Shown here piece after piece: positions 8,176 through 17,319 of a stretch of DNA of 32,000 bases; position 1 is the stretch's first letter; each line of letters begins with the position of its first letter. Origin of the DNA: an uncultured Opitutales bacterium (GTDB lineage Bacteria > Verrucomicrobiota > Verrucomicrobiia > Opitutales > Intestinicryptomonadaceae). Under the pieces are notes generated by a model, which was not told the origin of the DNA, did not search any database, and worked only from the letters and a program-made list of their open reading frames with translations. The translations under genes were made by a program, and so were the position numbers. The DNA lies in the NCBI GenBank assembly GCA_934660865.1, contig CAKUIA010000016.1, positions 1 to 32,000 on the forward strand, given 5' to 3'.

Positions 8176-8733
8176 TTAAAGCGTATGTTCGCACAGCGTT
8201 TTTACGCCTATGCCTATTAAAATAACGCCGCCTAAAACCGAAAATTTTGCGTCGTATTTCGAGCCTATTTTGCGCCCGAATATTCCGCCGCAAAGCGAAA
8301 TTGCGAAAGTAACAACCCCTATTATTGCGGCCGACAAAACTATGGAGCTTTGCATGCACGAAAGCGAAACGCCGACGGCCAGGGCGTCTATGCTTGTTGC
8401 AACCGCCAGCACAAACAAGGCTTTTAGGCTTTTTGCGCTTATGTTTTGGGGGGCTTCGTCGCCCTTATAGGCCTGGTATACCATATTTGCCCCTATCGCA
8501 AAAAGCAGTATAAAGGCAACCCAGTGGTCGTATTTTTCTATGTACGAAATTGCGGCCGCGCCCAAGTAGAAGCCTATGCACGGCATTATAAACTGGAATA
8601 CCCCGAAAAAAGTTGCGGCTTTTACGGTATCTGCAATCTTTATGTTTTTGTCGCAAATTGCCATGCAAATCGAAACGGCCAGGGCGTCCATTGCAAGGGC
8701 AACGCCCGTAAATATGCTTTCTATAATAGACAT
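8176..8733 (-). CDS. mntP: Manganese efflux pump MntP (DUF204 family)
   Basis: Two repeated halves each carry the (A/S)xDA(L/F)AV motif (VALAMDALAVSI and VATSIDALAVGVS). The protein is about 185 aa with six predicted TM segments. Confidence 0.8.
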   Translation of the reverse strand: MSIIESIFTGVALAMDALAVSICMAICDKNIKIADTVKAATFFGVFQFIMPCIGFYLGAAAISYIEKYDHWVAFILLFAIGANMVYQAYKGDEAPQNISAKSLKALFVLAVATSIDALAVGVSLSCMQSSIVLSAAIIGVVTFAISLCGGIFGRKIGSKYDAKFSVLGGVILIGIGVKTLCEHTL

Positions 8734-8736
8734 TTG

Positions 8737-9426
8737 CTAAAGCTTTAAATTTTCGATAAATTCGGGAACGATTTTTGAGTATGCCTTAAACGCCTCCGAA
8801 ATTTCCTCCACAAACCTTTTCAGCAAAAATATGTTAGACGGCTTTTTAAGCAGCGAAAACAATGCCCTGCCTATGCGGTTGCCGCCCGTTTTTTCGTCCA
8901 TCATTGAATTGAAAAACTCAAGCGGCGAGTGCGTTTGCATTGTGTCGCTTACAATTCTTAAGCATATAAAATCGACATTCGCCTTTTTACATTCGCCCTC
9001 GAAAAAGTCGTATTCCATTTCGGCAATGCCGTAGCCCTGTTTGCCGAAGTTTTGCTTTTGAATGTGCCCCGCAAACTTCGGGCACGTTTTCATTTTTGCG
9101 GGTTTGCCGCCGAAGCTTTCGGCATAGTCGGCCAATGGCTTTGAATTTGTGGCGTAAAAAAGCTCGCCCAGCTTTGTTTGGGGGCTGCAGGCTCCGCCGT
9201 AGCCTATAAGCAGTGCGGCGTCGGGCCTATATTCCGCAAGTTGCTTTGAAATTCTTTGCGCGCTTTGCTCGCAGCCGTAGCCCATTAAGTAGGCCTTAAA
9301 TTCCAGATTTTTTGTGGCAAAGCAAAAGGAGCTTTCAAGCCTTAGTTTTTTCTTTTGCGGCGCGTAGATTTTTTGTACGGGTTGCGCCTCCTGAATTGTG
9401 GGGAAAATTACCAGAACCTTTTTCAT
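8737..9426 (-). CDS. PNP/MTAN-superfamily nucleosidase (HpnG-like or MqnB-like)
   Basis: Order of family motifs: LMGYGCEQSAQRI, LIGYGGACSP (GxAGg-like), GIAEMEYDFF (ME acid pair) and ICLRIVSDT (R-x-x-SD). It sits 8 nt downstream of the hpnD-hpnE fusion. Confidence 0.5.
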   Translation of the reverse strand: MKKVLVIFPTIQEAQPVQKIYAPQKKKLRLESSFCFATKNLEFKAYLMGYGCEQSAQRISKQLAEYRPDAALLIGYGGACSPQTKLGELFYATNSKPLADYAESFGGKPAKMKTCPKFAGHIQKQNFGKQGYGIAEMEYDFFEGECKKANVDFICLRIVSDTMQTHSPLEFFNSMMDEKTGGNRIGRALFSLLKKPSNIFLLKRFVEEISEAFKAYSKIVPEFIENLKL

Positions 9427-9434
9427 TTAATGTC

Positions 9435-11603
9435 CTACAATTTCAAGTTTAGGGCGTTGAATGCCGCGCTTTCCATAGTGCAGGGCAAGTCGCATTTTGC
9501 GTAGTCGCCCGCAACGAAAAAGTTTTGGTAAAAGCCGCAGCATGCGGGGCGCGCCGTTTCGCTTTTTGTGTCGGCCTTTATCGTGGCCGACTTGCACATT
9601 ACAACCGAAAGCTTTAGCACGTTTGCGCTGGCAAAATAGGTCTTTATTTCGTTTTCGAGCATAAGCTTTGCGCTTTTTGCGTCGAAGTTTTTGCCGCTTG
9701 TGCTTATTGTCGCCGAATATAAAAACTCGTTTTCGAGGGGCTGTTTTAGGGCGTCGTTTTTGTCGAATATCCAGTGAATTGGCGAGCGCACAAGGCACGC
9801 GCTTTGGCCTTCGAAAAGTTTTTTGTCGGTCGTAAAATGCAAGTTTAGAATGTCCGACTGCGATATTTTTGAAAGCTGTTGCGCCAACGGGCTTTTGGGC
9901 GGCAAAAGCTTGCGCAAAGCCTCGCAGTTAAGGGCGCTTAGGGCGTATTTTGTCTCGATATTTTCGCGCTTTTCGGTCGAAAAACCAAGGAGCTTGTCGC
10001 CGTCGAAATTGAGGGCTAAAACGCTTTCGCCCAAATTGAATTCGCCGCCGCACGCCTTTATGTAGAAGGCCGCTTTCGGGAAAAACCCCGACGAAATCGG
10101 CTTTTTAAAGAAAAGCAGATTTGCCCCTATGCTAAGCAGGCTTTTCTTTAGGGTAGTCAAAAATATTTCGGCGTCGCATTCCTCCAGCTTTGTGTTTAGT
10201 GCCGATTCGCAAAAGGGTTTCCAGAAAACGTCTTTTGAAATGTCGTTTATGTTGTGCGAGTTTAAAAAGTCGTCTGCGCTTTGGGCTGGCATCGGCTTGG
10301 CCAGCCCCAGTTTCGCCTTAATCATAAACAGGGCGTTTTCTTTGCACTGAAAGCCCTTAACCTTGTTTAGCCCGCCGAATGTAAACATAAATTTTAGCGG
10401 GTTTCTTACAAGGTCTTTTAGGCTAAGAGTTATGGTGCTTTTGTCTTCGAAAAAGAACGAAACTGCGGTTTCTTTGTCGGACAATATGTCTAAAGAGCCG
10501 AGCTTTTTAAGTATTTTTAGAAAGCTTTTGTAGCAGCGCATTGCCGCGTGGCTGCCGTTGTCTAAAAGGGCGTTTGCCGCCTTCCACTCGAACGAGCAGG
10601 CTCTGCCGCCCGCATAGTTTCTCGCCTCGAAAAGCCTTATGTCGAAGCCCTGCTCGCAAAGGTTGTAGGCCGCCGTCATTCCCGAAATGCCCGCGCCGAA
10701 AATGTCTACCGTGCCGAAGCGTTTTTTTGCAAATGGCAGCTTTGCCTTTGCCATTGCCTTTAATGCGTAGTAGATTTTCTGTGCCTTGTTCAGCTTTACA
10801 ATCTTTCGTTTTATGTCGTAGTTGGAGGCTATTATGCGGTCTAAAATGGCCTCGTATATTTCCGACATAATCAGCGCCGGCAGCATATTTTTGCGGTCTT
10901 TTTCGCACAGCAGGCGGCGCGATTTGTTGAAATAGTGCTTTGCCCTGAAAGCCAGAAATCTGAACAGGTCTTTGCATTTTATGTTGTTTTCGGGGGCGCC
11001 CAAGTCGCCTGCCTTTACTCCGAAAAATTCAAGCTCGTTTTCGGGAATGTATACGCGCTTTTGGGTGTAAAAATCGTCTACAATGTCCCTTAAAATGTTC
11101 GTGTATTGCAAGGCCAAGCCGAGGCTTTTTGCAAACTCTTTTGTAATCGGGTTTTCGAACCCGAAAACGTATATCGAGCAAAGCCCCACGGCCGAAGCTA
11201 CCCCGTAGCAGTAGGTTGCCAACTCTTCGGAAGTTTTAAAGGGCTTTAGTTCGGTGTCCCTATAAACGCCGTCTATAACGTCGTCCATATACTGTTTGGG
11301 AATGTGCCTGCGGGCAATCATTTCCTTAAGCTCTTCGCCGAAGCGCGAGCAGGGCTTGTTTGCGTATATCAAATCAAGCTCGCTTTTCCACTTAAGAAGC
11401 GCCGCTTTCTTTTCCTCTACGGGGGCGTTTTCGTCGTCGGAAATGTCGTCTAAAATGCGGCAGTAGGCGTACAAAACGCCCATGTCCTGCGCGCGCTGTT
11501 TGTCCAAACAAAAGAATGCAAAGGCCAAATTGGATTTTTTTCTCTGAAGCGACTGGTACGCGCTTTCGAAAGAATCGTCGAGCTTGTCTATATTTTGTGG
11601 CAT
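9435..11603 (-). CDS. hpnD/hpnE: Fusion protein: presqualene-diphosphate synthase (HpnD-like, aa 1-~290) plus FAD-dependent hydroxysqualene dehydroxylase (HpnE-like amine-oxidase fold, aa ~298-722)
   Basis: The N-terminal domain has trans-isoprenyl diphosphate synthase head-to-head motifs YAYCRILDDISDD and YTNILRDIVDD. The C-terminal domain has the dinucleotide fold VDIFGAGISGMTAAYNL..GFDIRLFEARNYAGGR and the C-terminal FFVAGDY....TMESA. It is a single uninterrupted 722-codon ORF. Confidence 0.75.
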   Translation of the reverse strand: MPQNIDKLDDSFESAYQSLQRKKSNLAFAFFCLDKQRAQDMGVLYAYCRILDDISDDENAPVEEKKAALLKWKSELDLIYANKPCSRFGEELKEMIARRHIPKQYMDDVIDGVYRDTELKPFKTSEELATYCYGVASAVGLCSIYVFGFENPITKEFAKSLGLALQYTNILRDIVDDFYTQKRVYIPENELEFFGVKAGDLGAPENNIKCKDLFRFLAFRAKHYFNKSRRLLCEKDRKNMLPALIMSEIYEAILDRIIASNYDIKRKIVKLNKAQKIYYALKAMAKAKLPFAKKRFGTVDIFGAGISGMTAAYNLCEQGFDIRLFEARNYAGGRACSFEWKAANALLDNGSHAAMRCYKSFLKILKKLGSLDILSDKETAVSFFFEDKSTITLSLKDLVRNPLKFMFTFGGLNKVKGFQCKENALFMIKAKLGLAKPMPAQSADDFLNSHNINDISKDVFWKPFCESALNTKLEECDAEIFLTTLKKSLLSIGANLLFFKKPISSGFFPKAAFYIKACGGEFNLGESVLALNFDGDKLLGFSTEKRENIETKYALSALNCEALRKLLPPKSPLAQQLSKISQSDILNLHFTTDKKLFEGQSACLVRSPIHWIFDKNDALKQPLENEFLYSATISTSGKNFDAKSAKLMLENEIKTYFASANVLKLSVVMCKSATIKADTKSETARPACCGFYQNFFVAGDYAKCDLPCTMESAAFNALNLKL

Positions 11604-11606
11604 AAC

Positions 11607-12485
11607 CTAGAAAATTGATGACAGAAGAATTTTTACCTTGTCGAATTTGCCGAAAGAGGGGCGTTTTGAAAGAGTGTCGAATTTTTGTTTTGCAATCTTT
11701 TTAAGTATTCCCCTGCCGCCCTTTAACGTAAGCCTTATTTCCAAACTGAGCAAAAAGGGCAGGTATTTGGGCAGGTCTTGGCCTTTGTCGAAAATTTGCG
11801 CGGTGCGCTCGCACTGGAATTGTACGCACTTTTGCATGTTTAAAGACGCCCTGTTTTCAAAAAAGTCGCTTTCCTTAAGAGAGTAGCTTTGCCAGTCGCA
11901 TTTGGGAACGTATATGCGGTTTTTCTTCCAGTCGCGGCTCATATCCTGCCAAAAGTTTGCAAGCTGCAATGCCGTGCAGATATTGTCGGACATTTCGAAA
12001 AGCTTTTGGTCGTTGATTCGGTGCAGCAGGAGAACCAGCCTGCCTACGGGGTTTGCGCTGCGCTTGCAGTAGTCGAGCAGGTCCTCGAATGTGTCGTAGC
12101 GCTTTTTTACAACGTCCTGCTTAAAGGCGCTTATAAGGTCTTTGTATAGCTGTACGGGAATTGAAAACTCTTTTGTAGTGTCGGCAAGGGCTGTGAAAAT
12201 CCAGTCCCAACGCTTGTCGAGCATTTCGGGACGGTCGAACATAAGCGAAAGCTGGCTTTCGAAAAGCTCCAAATTTTTCGTTCTAATTTCGCTTTCGGCC
12301 GAAATATTTTCGTGGTTTTCGTCGGAAATGTCGTCGGAAGTGCGTGCAAAGGCGTAAACTGCCGCCACGTTTTTGCGTGTGTTTTTGGGCATCATTCTGG
12401 CCACGGGGAAGTTTTCGTAGTGGCTGTGAGCTAAGTCCAGACATTTCGAATATGCGCTGTTCAAATCCATAGGTTTTAAATTCAA
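11607..12485 (-). CDS. hpnC: Hydroxysqualene synthase (HpnC-like squalene/phytoene synthase family)
   Basis: [10 protein letters not shown] motif near the N-terminus, with Asp-rich motifs [13 protein letters not shown] and FWQDMSRD. It lies 3 nt upstream of the hpnD-hpnE fusion. Confidence 0.75.
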   Translation of the reverse strand: MNLKPMDLNSAYSKCLDLAHSHYENFPVARMMPKNTRKNVAAVYAFARTSDDISDENHENISAESEIRTKNLELFESQLSLMFDRPEMLDKRWDWIFTALADTTKEFSIPVQLYKDLISAFKQDVVKKRYDTFEDLLDYCKRSANPVGRLVLLLHRINDQKLFEMSDNICTALQLANFWQDMSRDWKKNRIYVPKCDWQSYSLKESDFFENRASLNMQKCVQFQCERTAQIFDKGQDLPKYLPFLLSLEIRLTLKGGRGILKKIAKQKFDTLSKRPSFGKFDKVKILLSSIF

Positions 12486-12530
12486 ATCTTTTAGGCGTTC
12501 GTGTCGAGCGTTTTTATCCCTAAAATTGTC

Positions 12531-12559
12531 TTGCGAAATTCCGCGGTTGGACGATTATA
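12531..12559 (+). promoter_or_regulatory. Candidate sigma70-like promoter for gpmI
   Basis: TTGCGA (12531-12536), 17-nt spacer, ATTATA/TATATT (12554-12561). Motif match only. Confidence 0.25.
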
Positions 12560-12585
12560 TTCATCTAAACGATTTTTATAAAATT

Positions 12586-14163
12586 ATGAAAAGAACACCT
12601 GCAGTATTGGTTATAAGAGACGGTTGGGGCGAAAACCACGACCATTCCCTCGATTCGTATAACGCGGTAAGATTGGCTAATGCGCCTTTCTGTAAAAAAA
12701 TGTCGGACGAATGTCCCAGAACCGAAATTACGGCCTGCGGCCTGGCCGTTGGCCTGCCCGAAGGCATTATGGGCAACAGCGAAGTCGGCCACCAAAACAT
12801 AGGCGCCGGCAGAATTGTAGACCAGGAAATCGTGCGCATCGACAAGGGTTTTTCGACGGGTTCGGTTGCCGAAAGCGAAGTGTTTAAGGGCATACTAAAG
12901 GTTCTCGAAAGCGGCAGGAATTTGCACTTAATGGGGCTTTGCAGCGATGCCGGCGTGCACTCCATGCTAAGGCATTTGTATGCGCTGCTTAAAATCTTCG
13001 GCGAAAAGGGCTTTAAAGACAGCGTATATTTCCACGCAATTACCGACGGCAGAGACACGCCTCCAACAAGCGGCTTGGGCTTTATAAAAGACGTTCAGGC
13101 GAAAATGGCCGAATATAAATGCGGCAAGGTTGCCTCGGTTATAGGCCGTTTTTGGGCTATGGACAGAGACAAGCGCTGGGACAGGGTTAAGAAAGCCTAC
13201 GACTGCCTTACCGGCGTAAAGGCCGAAAATGCGGTTGAAAACTGCCAAGACGCCTACACGCAATACTACGAACACCCCGCGGAAGAAAACATGCAGGGCG
13301 ACGAATTTATACCCGCAACCTGGGTTGTGGAAAACAACCAGCCCATAGGCAGGGTAAAAGACGGCGACGCGTTCCTGTTCTTCAACTTCAGGGGCGACAG
13401 GCCCAGAGAAATTACCCGCGCCTTTATAGACGACAAGTTCGACGGTTTCGACCGCGGCAAAAAGCTGGACTTGTTCTACTGCACGATGACCGAATACGAA
13501 AAGGGCTTGTGCAAGAACGTGCTTTTCCCGAAACCTCCGAAAATGGTGAACATTTTGGGCGACTACATAAGCAAGTTGGGCTTAAGCCAGCTAAGAGCCG
13601 CCGAAACCGAAAAGTTTGCGCACGTAACATTCTTCTTTAACGATTACAGAGACGAGCCTTTCCCCGGAGAAGACAGAATTTTGATAGATTCGCCCAGAGA
13701 CGTTCAAACCTACGACCAAAAGCCGCAGATGAGCGCGCAGCCCGTTGCCGACGCCGTTGCAAAGGCCATAGATTCGGGCAAATACTCGCTTATTGTTGTA
13801 AACTTTGCGAACGGCGACATGGTTGGCCACACGGGCAACTTAAAGGCCGCCGTAGCCGCCTGCGAAGCGGTAGACAAAGCCGTAAAAACCGTTGCCGACG
13901 CCGTAGACAAAACCGAAAACGGCTTTATGCTTGTAACGGCCGACCACGGCAATTCCGACCAAATGTACGAAATTAAGCAGCACCAGCCGCATACGCGCCA
14001 CACGCTTAACCCCGTAGAGGTTGTGTTGTACGGCAAGTCGGTGCAGGGCTTAAAGCTTAGGCAAGACGGCGGGGCTTTGGGCGACATTGCCCCGACCTTG
14101 CTGGAATTGATGGGTCTTAAAATCCCCGAAGAAATGACGGGCAAATCGCTTATAGCGCACTAA
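12586..14163 (+). CDS. gpmI: 2,3-bisphosphoglycerate-independent phosphoglycerate mutase
   Basis: [25 protein letters not shown] (catalytic Ser region), [20 protein letters not shown], and TADHGN. I prefer the ATG at 12586 (MKRTPAVL) to the track's TTG at 12526. Confidence 0.9.
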   Translation: MKRTPAVLVIRDGWGENHDHSLDSYNAVRLANAPFCKKMSDECPRTEITACGLAVGLPEGIMGNSEVGHQNIGAGRIVDQEIVRIDKGFSTGSVAESEVFKGILKVLESGRNLHLMGLCSDAGVHSMLRHLYALLKIFGEKGFKDSVYFHAITDGRDTPPTSGLGFIKDVQAKMAEYKCGKVASVIGRFWAMDRDKRWDRVKKAYDCLTGVKAENAVENCQDAYTQYYEHPAEENMQGDEFIPATWVVENNQPIGRVKDGDAFLFFNFRGDRPREITRAFIDDKFDGFDRGKKLDLFYCTMTEYEKGLCKNVLFPKPPKMVNILGDYISKLGLSQLRAAETEKFAHVTFFFNDYRDEPFPGEDRILIDSPRDVQTYDQKPQMSAQPVADAVAKAIDSGKYSLIVVNFANGDMVGHTGNLKAAVAACEAVDKAVKTVADAVDKTENGFMLVTADHGNSDQMYEIKQHQPHTRHTLNPVEVVLYGKSVQGLKLRQDGGALGDIAPTLLELMGLKIPEEMTGKSLIAH

Positions 14164-14170
14164 TCCTGCA

Positions 14171-15034
14171 ATGAAGTGCGCCTATCCGGTTAGAATAGAC
14201 CCCGAAATTACCAAGTACCTGCCCATGGTTCAGTATGGGGGCGACGTTGTCGTTGTAGACAGCGCCGCCGACTTGGACTGCATTATGGACGAAATTTCGA
14301 AAGAGACGGTTTTGGGTTTCGATACGGAAACAAGACCGTCTTTTCGCAAGGGGGTTCACTACAACACTTCGCTTTTGCAGCTGTGCGGCGAAAACCGCGC
14401 ATGGCTTTTCAAGCTGGATACCTTAAAAGACTCTCTCGAAAAAGTCTTTTCGGTTTTGGCTGACGAAAATATCGTTAAATGCGGGGTGGCCGTAAACGGC
14501 GATATTACGGGCTTAAAATCGCTTTGCCAGTTCGAGGCAAAGGGCTTTGTGGAGATTAGCGACTATACCCAAAAAATGGGCATTTTAAATACGGGGCTTA
14601 AAAATTTAAGCTGCGTGTTTTTCGGCGAAAGGATTTCCAAAAGCGTGCAAATGAGCAACTGGGCAAGCGAAACGCTAAGCCCCAGGCAGATAACCTATGC
14701 CGCAACCGACGCCTGGATTAGCCGCAGGCTATACCTTGAAGTAAAGGCGCGTTTTTGCGAAAACAACTACGAGCTTCAAAACGACTATCCCGAAATTGCG
14801 GCTACTCTTTTGGCAAAGGTAAAGCTTGCAATTAAAAGAATCAGGGCGCTTTCGGCCGACAACATAGGCGGCATAAAAAAGTTTGTTGCAAACTTCTCGA
14901 AAAACGAAAAAAAGGCGTTTTCAAACTCCAAAAGCCGCCGCGGCAAAACGCACGCGCAAAAGGGCTGCGGTAAAAGAAACCCCCAAAAGCGCACAGACAA
15001 GCGCGCCCAAAATAGGCAGAAAAAAGACGTCTAA
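14171..15034 (+). CDS. DEDDy-type 3'-5' exonuclease domain protein (RNase D / WRN-exo-like) with a lysine/arginine-rich C-terminal tail
   Basis: Exo I is LGFDTET. Exo II is KCGVAVNGDITGL. Exo III is YAATDAW. The last ~60 aa are highly basic (KSRRGKTHAQKGCGKRNPQKRTDKRAQNRQKKDV). Confidence 0.7.
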   Translation: MKCAYPVRIDPEITKYLPMVQYGGDVVVVDSAADLDCIMDEISKETVLGFDTETRPSFRKGVHYNTSLLQLCGENRAWLFKLDTLKDSLEKVFSVLADENIVKCGVAVNGDITGLKSLCQFEAKGFVEISDYTQKMGILNTGLKNLSCVFFGERISKSVQMSNWASETLSPRQITYAATDAWISRRLYLEVKARFCENNYELQNDYPEIAATLLAKVKLAIKRIRALSADNIGGIKKFVANFSKNEKKAFSNSKSRRGKTHAQKGCGKRNPQKRTDKRAQNRQKKDV

Positions 15035-15035
15035 A

Positions 15036-16052
15036 ATGTCTAAAAAAGACATAAGCACATATTTTTCGTTCCCGGACGAAAGTTTGTTCGGCGAAAGCCA
15101 AATTCTGCAAAAATTGCCAAGCCCCCGCTGGTTTTCTTCGGGGCGCGACTGTTTTTTGCTTGTGTCGAAACTGCTCGGGCAAAACACAAGGCTTTATGTG
15201 CCCGAATATTTTTGCACTGCGCTTAAAAACTACCTTAAGGATTTTTTTAACGTTTGTTTTTATACCGACAACCCATTTGCCCCGTGCGCCGATTTTAGCG
15301 GCATAAAAATAGGCGGGGGCGGAAAAACCGCGGTTTTGTTTTGCGACTATTTCGGGCTAAAAGAAAGGCGCTTTTACGACGAATGGGCGGCCGAACACCC
15401 CAATGCGGTTGTTGTCGAAGACCATTCGCATTCTCCCTTTTCGGATTGGGCGCTTACAAGCACTGCGCATTTTACGATTGCGTCTTTGCGCAAAACGCTG
15501 CCCATTGCCGACGGCGCGTACATATATTCCAAGAAGGTCGATTTGCCGAAATTGGCGGCGCTAAAGTCCGACACTTGCGCCGACTTTGCAAACGACATAT
15601 ACAGGGCCTTTGCCCTAAAGGAGATATGCGAAAAGCAAACCTACATAAAGCTGTTTTTGCGCGGCGAGGAAAAGCTTGCAAACAAACGCTACGCCGACAG
15701 GCAAAGCGATTTGTCGTACGAAATTCTGCACAGGCTTAACATCGAAAAGATTTGCGACAAAAGAAGGCGTTTTTGCGACGCTTTGGCAAACGCCCTAAAG
15801 GGCCGGAATTTTTGCGTTGTAAATTCGCAAAAAAACAACGCGCAATTTTTGCCTATACTGCTTTTTAACGACACTGCACAAAGGGAGCAAGTGCGCAAAA
15901 TTTTGATAGAAAACAGAATTTACCCGCAGGTTTTCTGGAATTTTTCGAAAGAGCCCAAGCTTGAAAATATCGCCGAAAAAACTTTGACGGTTCCCTTCGA
16001 CTTAAATTCCGACATAGAATACAGCGTGGAAAAAATAAGCGGCCTCATTTAA
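15036..16052 (+). CDS. Divergent DegT/DnrJ/EryC1-like (fold-type I PLP enzyme-like) protein; function unknown
   Basis: The layout resembles sugar aminotransferases: SGRDCFLLVSKLLG..LYVPEYFC, VVVEDHSHS, then ASLRKTLPIADGAYIY, with a Lys where the PLP lysine usually sits. I prefer the ATG at 15036, 1 nt after the upstream stop, to the track's TTG at 14883. Confidence 0.35.
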   Translation: MSKKDISTYFSFPDESLFGESQILQKLPSPRWFSSGRDCFLLVSKLLGQNTRLYVPEYFCTALKNYLKDFFNVCFYTDNPFAPCADFSGIKIGGGGKTAVLFCDYFGLKERRFYDEWAAEHPNAVVVEDHSHSPFSDWALTSTAHFTIASLRKTLPIADGAYIYSKKVDLPKLAALKSDTCADFANDIYRAFALKEICEKQTYIKLFLRGEEKLANKRYADRQSDLSYEILHRLNIEKICDKRRRFCDALANALKGRNFCVVNSQKNNAQFLPILLFNDTAQREQVRKILIENRIYPQVFWNFSKEPKLENIAEKTLTVPFDLNSDIEYSVEKISGLI

Positions 16053-16066
16053 AAAGCCGCTTTTTT
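16038..16066 (+). terminator. Possible terminator overlapping the end of the DegT-like gene
   Basis: 6-bp stem agcggc/gccgct with a 12-nt loop that contains the stop codon, followed by tttttt. Confidence 0.35.
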
Positions 16067-16068
16067 AT

Positions 16069-16641
16069 TTATTTTTCGAACGAGCGTATGACTTCGGGCA
16101 AAAGCTCGTATTCGGCCGCGTGTATTTTCGCCTCGAAGCTTTCCAGAGTGTCGTTTTCGGAAATTTCGACCGCTTTTTGGCCTATGATTTTGCCGCCGTC
16201 TAAAATGTCGTTTACAAAATGAACGGTAATGCCGCTTATCTTTACCCCGTATTCGAACGCGCTTTTAATTGCGTTTTTTTCGCCCATAAATGCGGGCAGC
16301 AAACTCGGGTGCAAGTTTATGATTTTGTCGGGGAATTTTTCGGTAAAGCTTTTGGGCAAAATCTTCATAAAGCCCGCCAAAACGATAAGGTCGGGGTTAA
16401 ATTCCAGAGCGGTTTTTTCGTAGAGGGCGGCTCCCTCCGGCGAGAAGAAGGCGCCTTTTTTGCCCGAGTCTAGCCAGATTGCGCGAACCGAATTTTGCCC
16501 GGCCATTTCAAGGGCGGGGGCGTTTTGGTTGTCGCTTATAACGGCCAGTATTTCGAGATTTTTAAAGTAGCCGCTTTTTGCGCGGTTAATTATGTTTGCG
16601 GCGTTTGTGCCTTTGCCGCTTGCAAATATCAATATTTTCAC
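16069..16641 (-). CDS. purN: Phosphoribosylglycinamide formyltransferase
   Basis: MKILIFASGKGTNAANI, LAGFMKILP, INLHPSLLPAFMG, and GITVHFV..LDGG. Confidence 0.88.
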   Translation of the reverse strand: MKILIFASGKGTNAANIINRAKSGYFKNLEILAVISDNQNAPALEMAGQNSVRAIWLDSGKKGAFFSPEGAALYEKTALEFNPDLIVLAGFMKILPKSFTEKFPDKIINLHPSLLPAFMGEKNAIKSAFEYGVKISGITVHFVNDILDGGKIIGQKAVEISENDTLESFEAKIHAAEYELLPEVIRSFEK

Positions 16642-16644
16642 GTG

Positions 16645-17319
16645 TCAGTTTTCCAGGGCTTTTATTGCGTCGGATACGTAGCCTGCATTCGATTTCGACA
16701 AATCTTTAGACAGGTCTTTGAACAAATCTTTTGCCGACAGCACATCGTATTTTTCGAACTTAAAATTAAGGGTGTTTTTCCAGCCCACTTTTTCGGGGGT
16801 AGACGAATCGGTAAATGTTGCGGTTTTTATTTTTACCGAAACTTTCGACAACTCTTTGCCGCTTACCGAAACAATGCGGTTAAACGCCGTTAAAAACTCC
16901 GACAAATTGTAGTCTAAAACGCTTATCCTTTCGCAGTTTAGCTCGTCTATGTCGATTTCTATCGACGAAATTGCAAACTCGCCCCTGGCCAGGCTAAGCG
17001 GGCTTGCCGAAACCGTCATATTGCTGATTTTTGCAAAAACGGGCGAAGAGTATTTCGACGGATTTTCTATTACAATGTTTTTTACCGACATTGTGCGCGC
17101 GGCAATGTTGTATTTAATGTCGGCGTTTCGTATGCTAAAACCCGTAGTGTCGCTTATCGAGCTTTTCAGCATATTCGGCAGAACGCCGAACGAAACTATT
17201 GTGGCGAATGCCGCCAGCGAGCACACAACAAGCACAAGCGCAACGAGCGCGCCAAGCGCGCACCCGAATGCGTTGCATACAAAAATACTGCCGTATTTGC
17301 GCCCCATTTTACTAGGCAA
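16645..17319 (-). CDS. Hypothetical N-terminally membrane-anchored protein
   Basis: A single N-terminal TM segment (FGCALGALVALVLVVCSLAAFATIVSF) followed by a ~170-aa soluble beta-rich region. I recognise no family. It overlaps the manA stop by 8 nt; an alternative start at 17307 removes the overlap. Confidence 0.5.
   Translation of the reverse strand: MPSKMGRKYGSIFVCNAFGCALGALVALVLVVCSLAAFATIVSFGVLPNMLKSSISDTTGFSIRNADIKYNIAARTMSVKNIVIENPSKYSSPVFAKISNMTVSASPLSLARGEFAISSIEIDIDELNCERISVLDYNLSEFLTAFNRIVSVSGKELSKVSVKIKTATFTDSSTPEKVGWKNTLNFKFEKYDVLSAKDLFKDLSKDLSKSNAGYVSDAIKALEN

Noticed and set aside
12526-12585. Upstream alternative starts proposed by the track (12526 for gpmI, 14883 for the DegT-like gene, 25693 for rplS, 27953 for lepB, 30843 for the small lipoprotein)
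   Set aside because: Each extension overlaps the preceding gene or adds a non-homologous N-terminus. In every case an internal ATG placed 1-8 nt after the upstream stop yields the canonical protein N-terminus.
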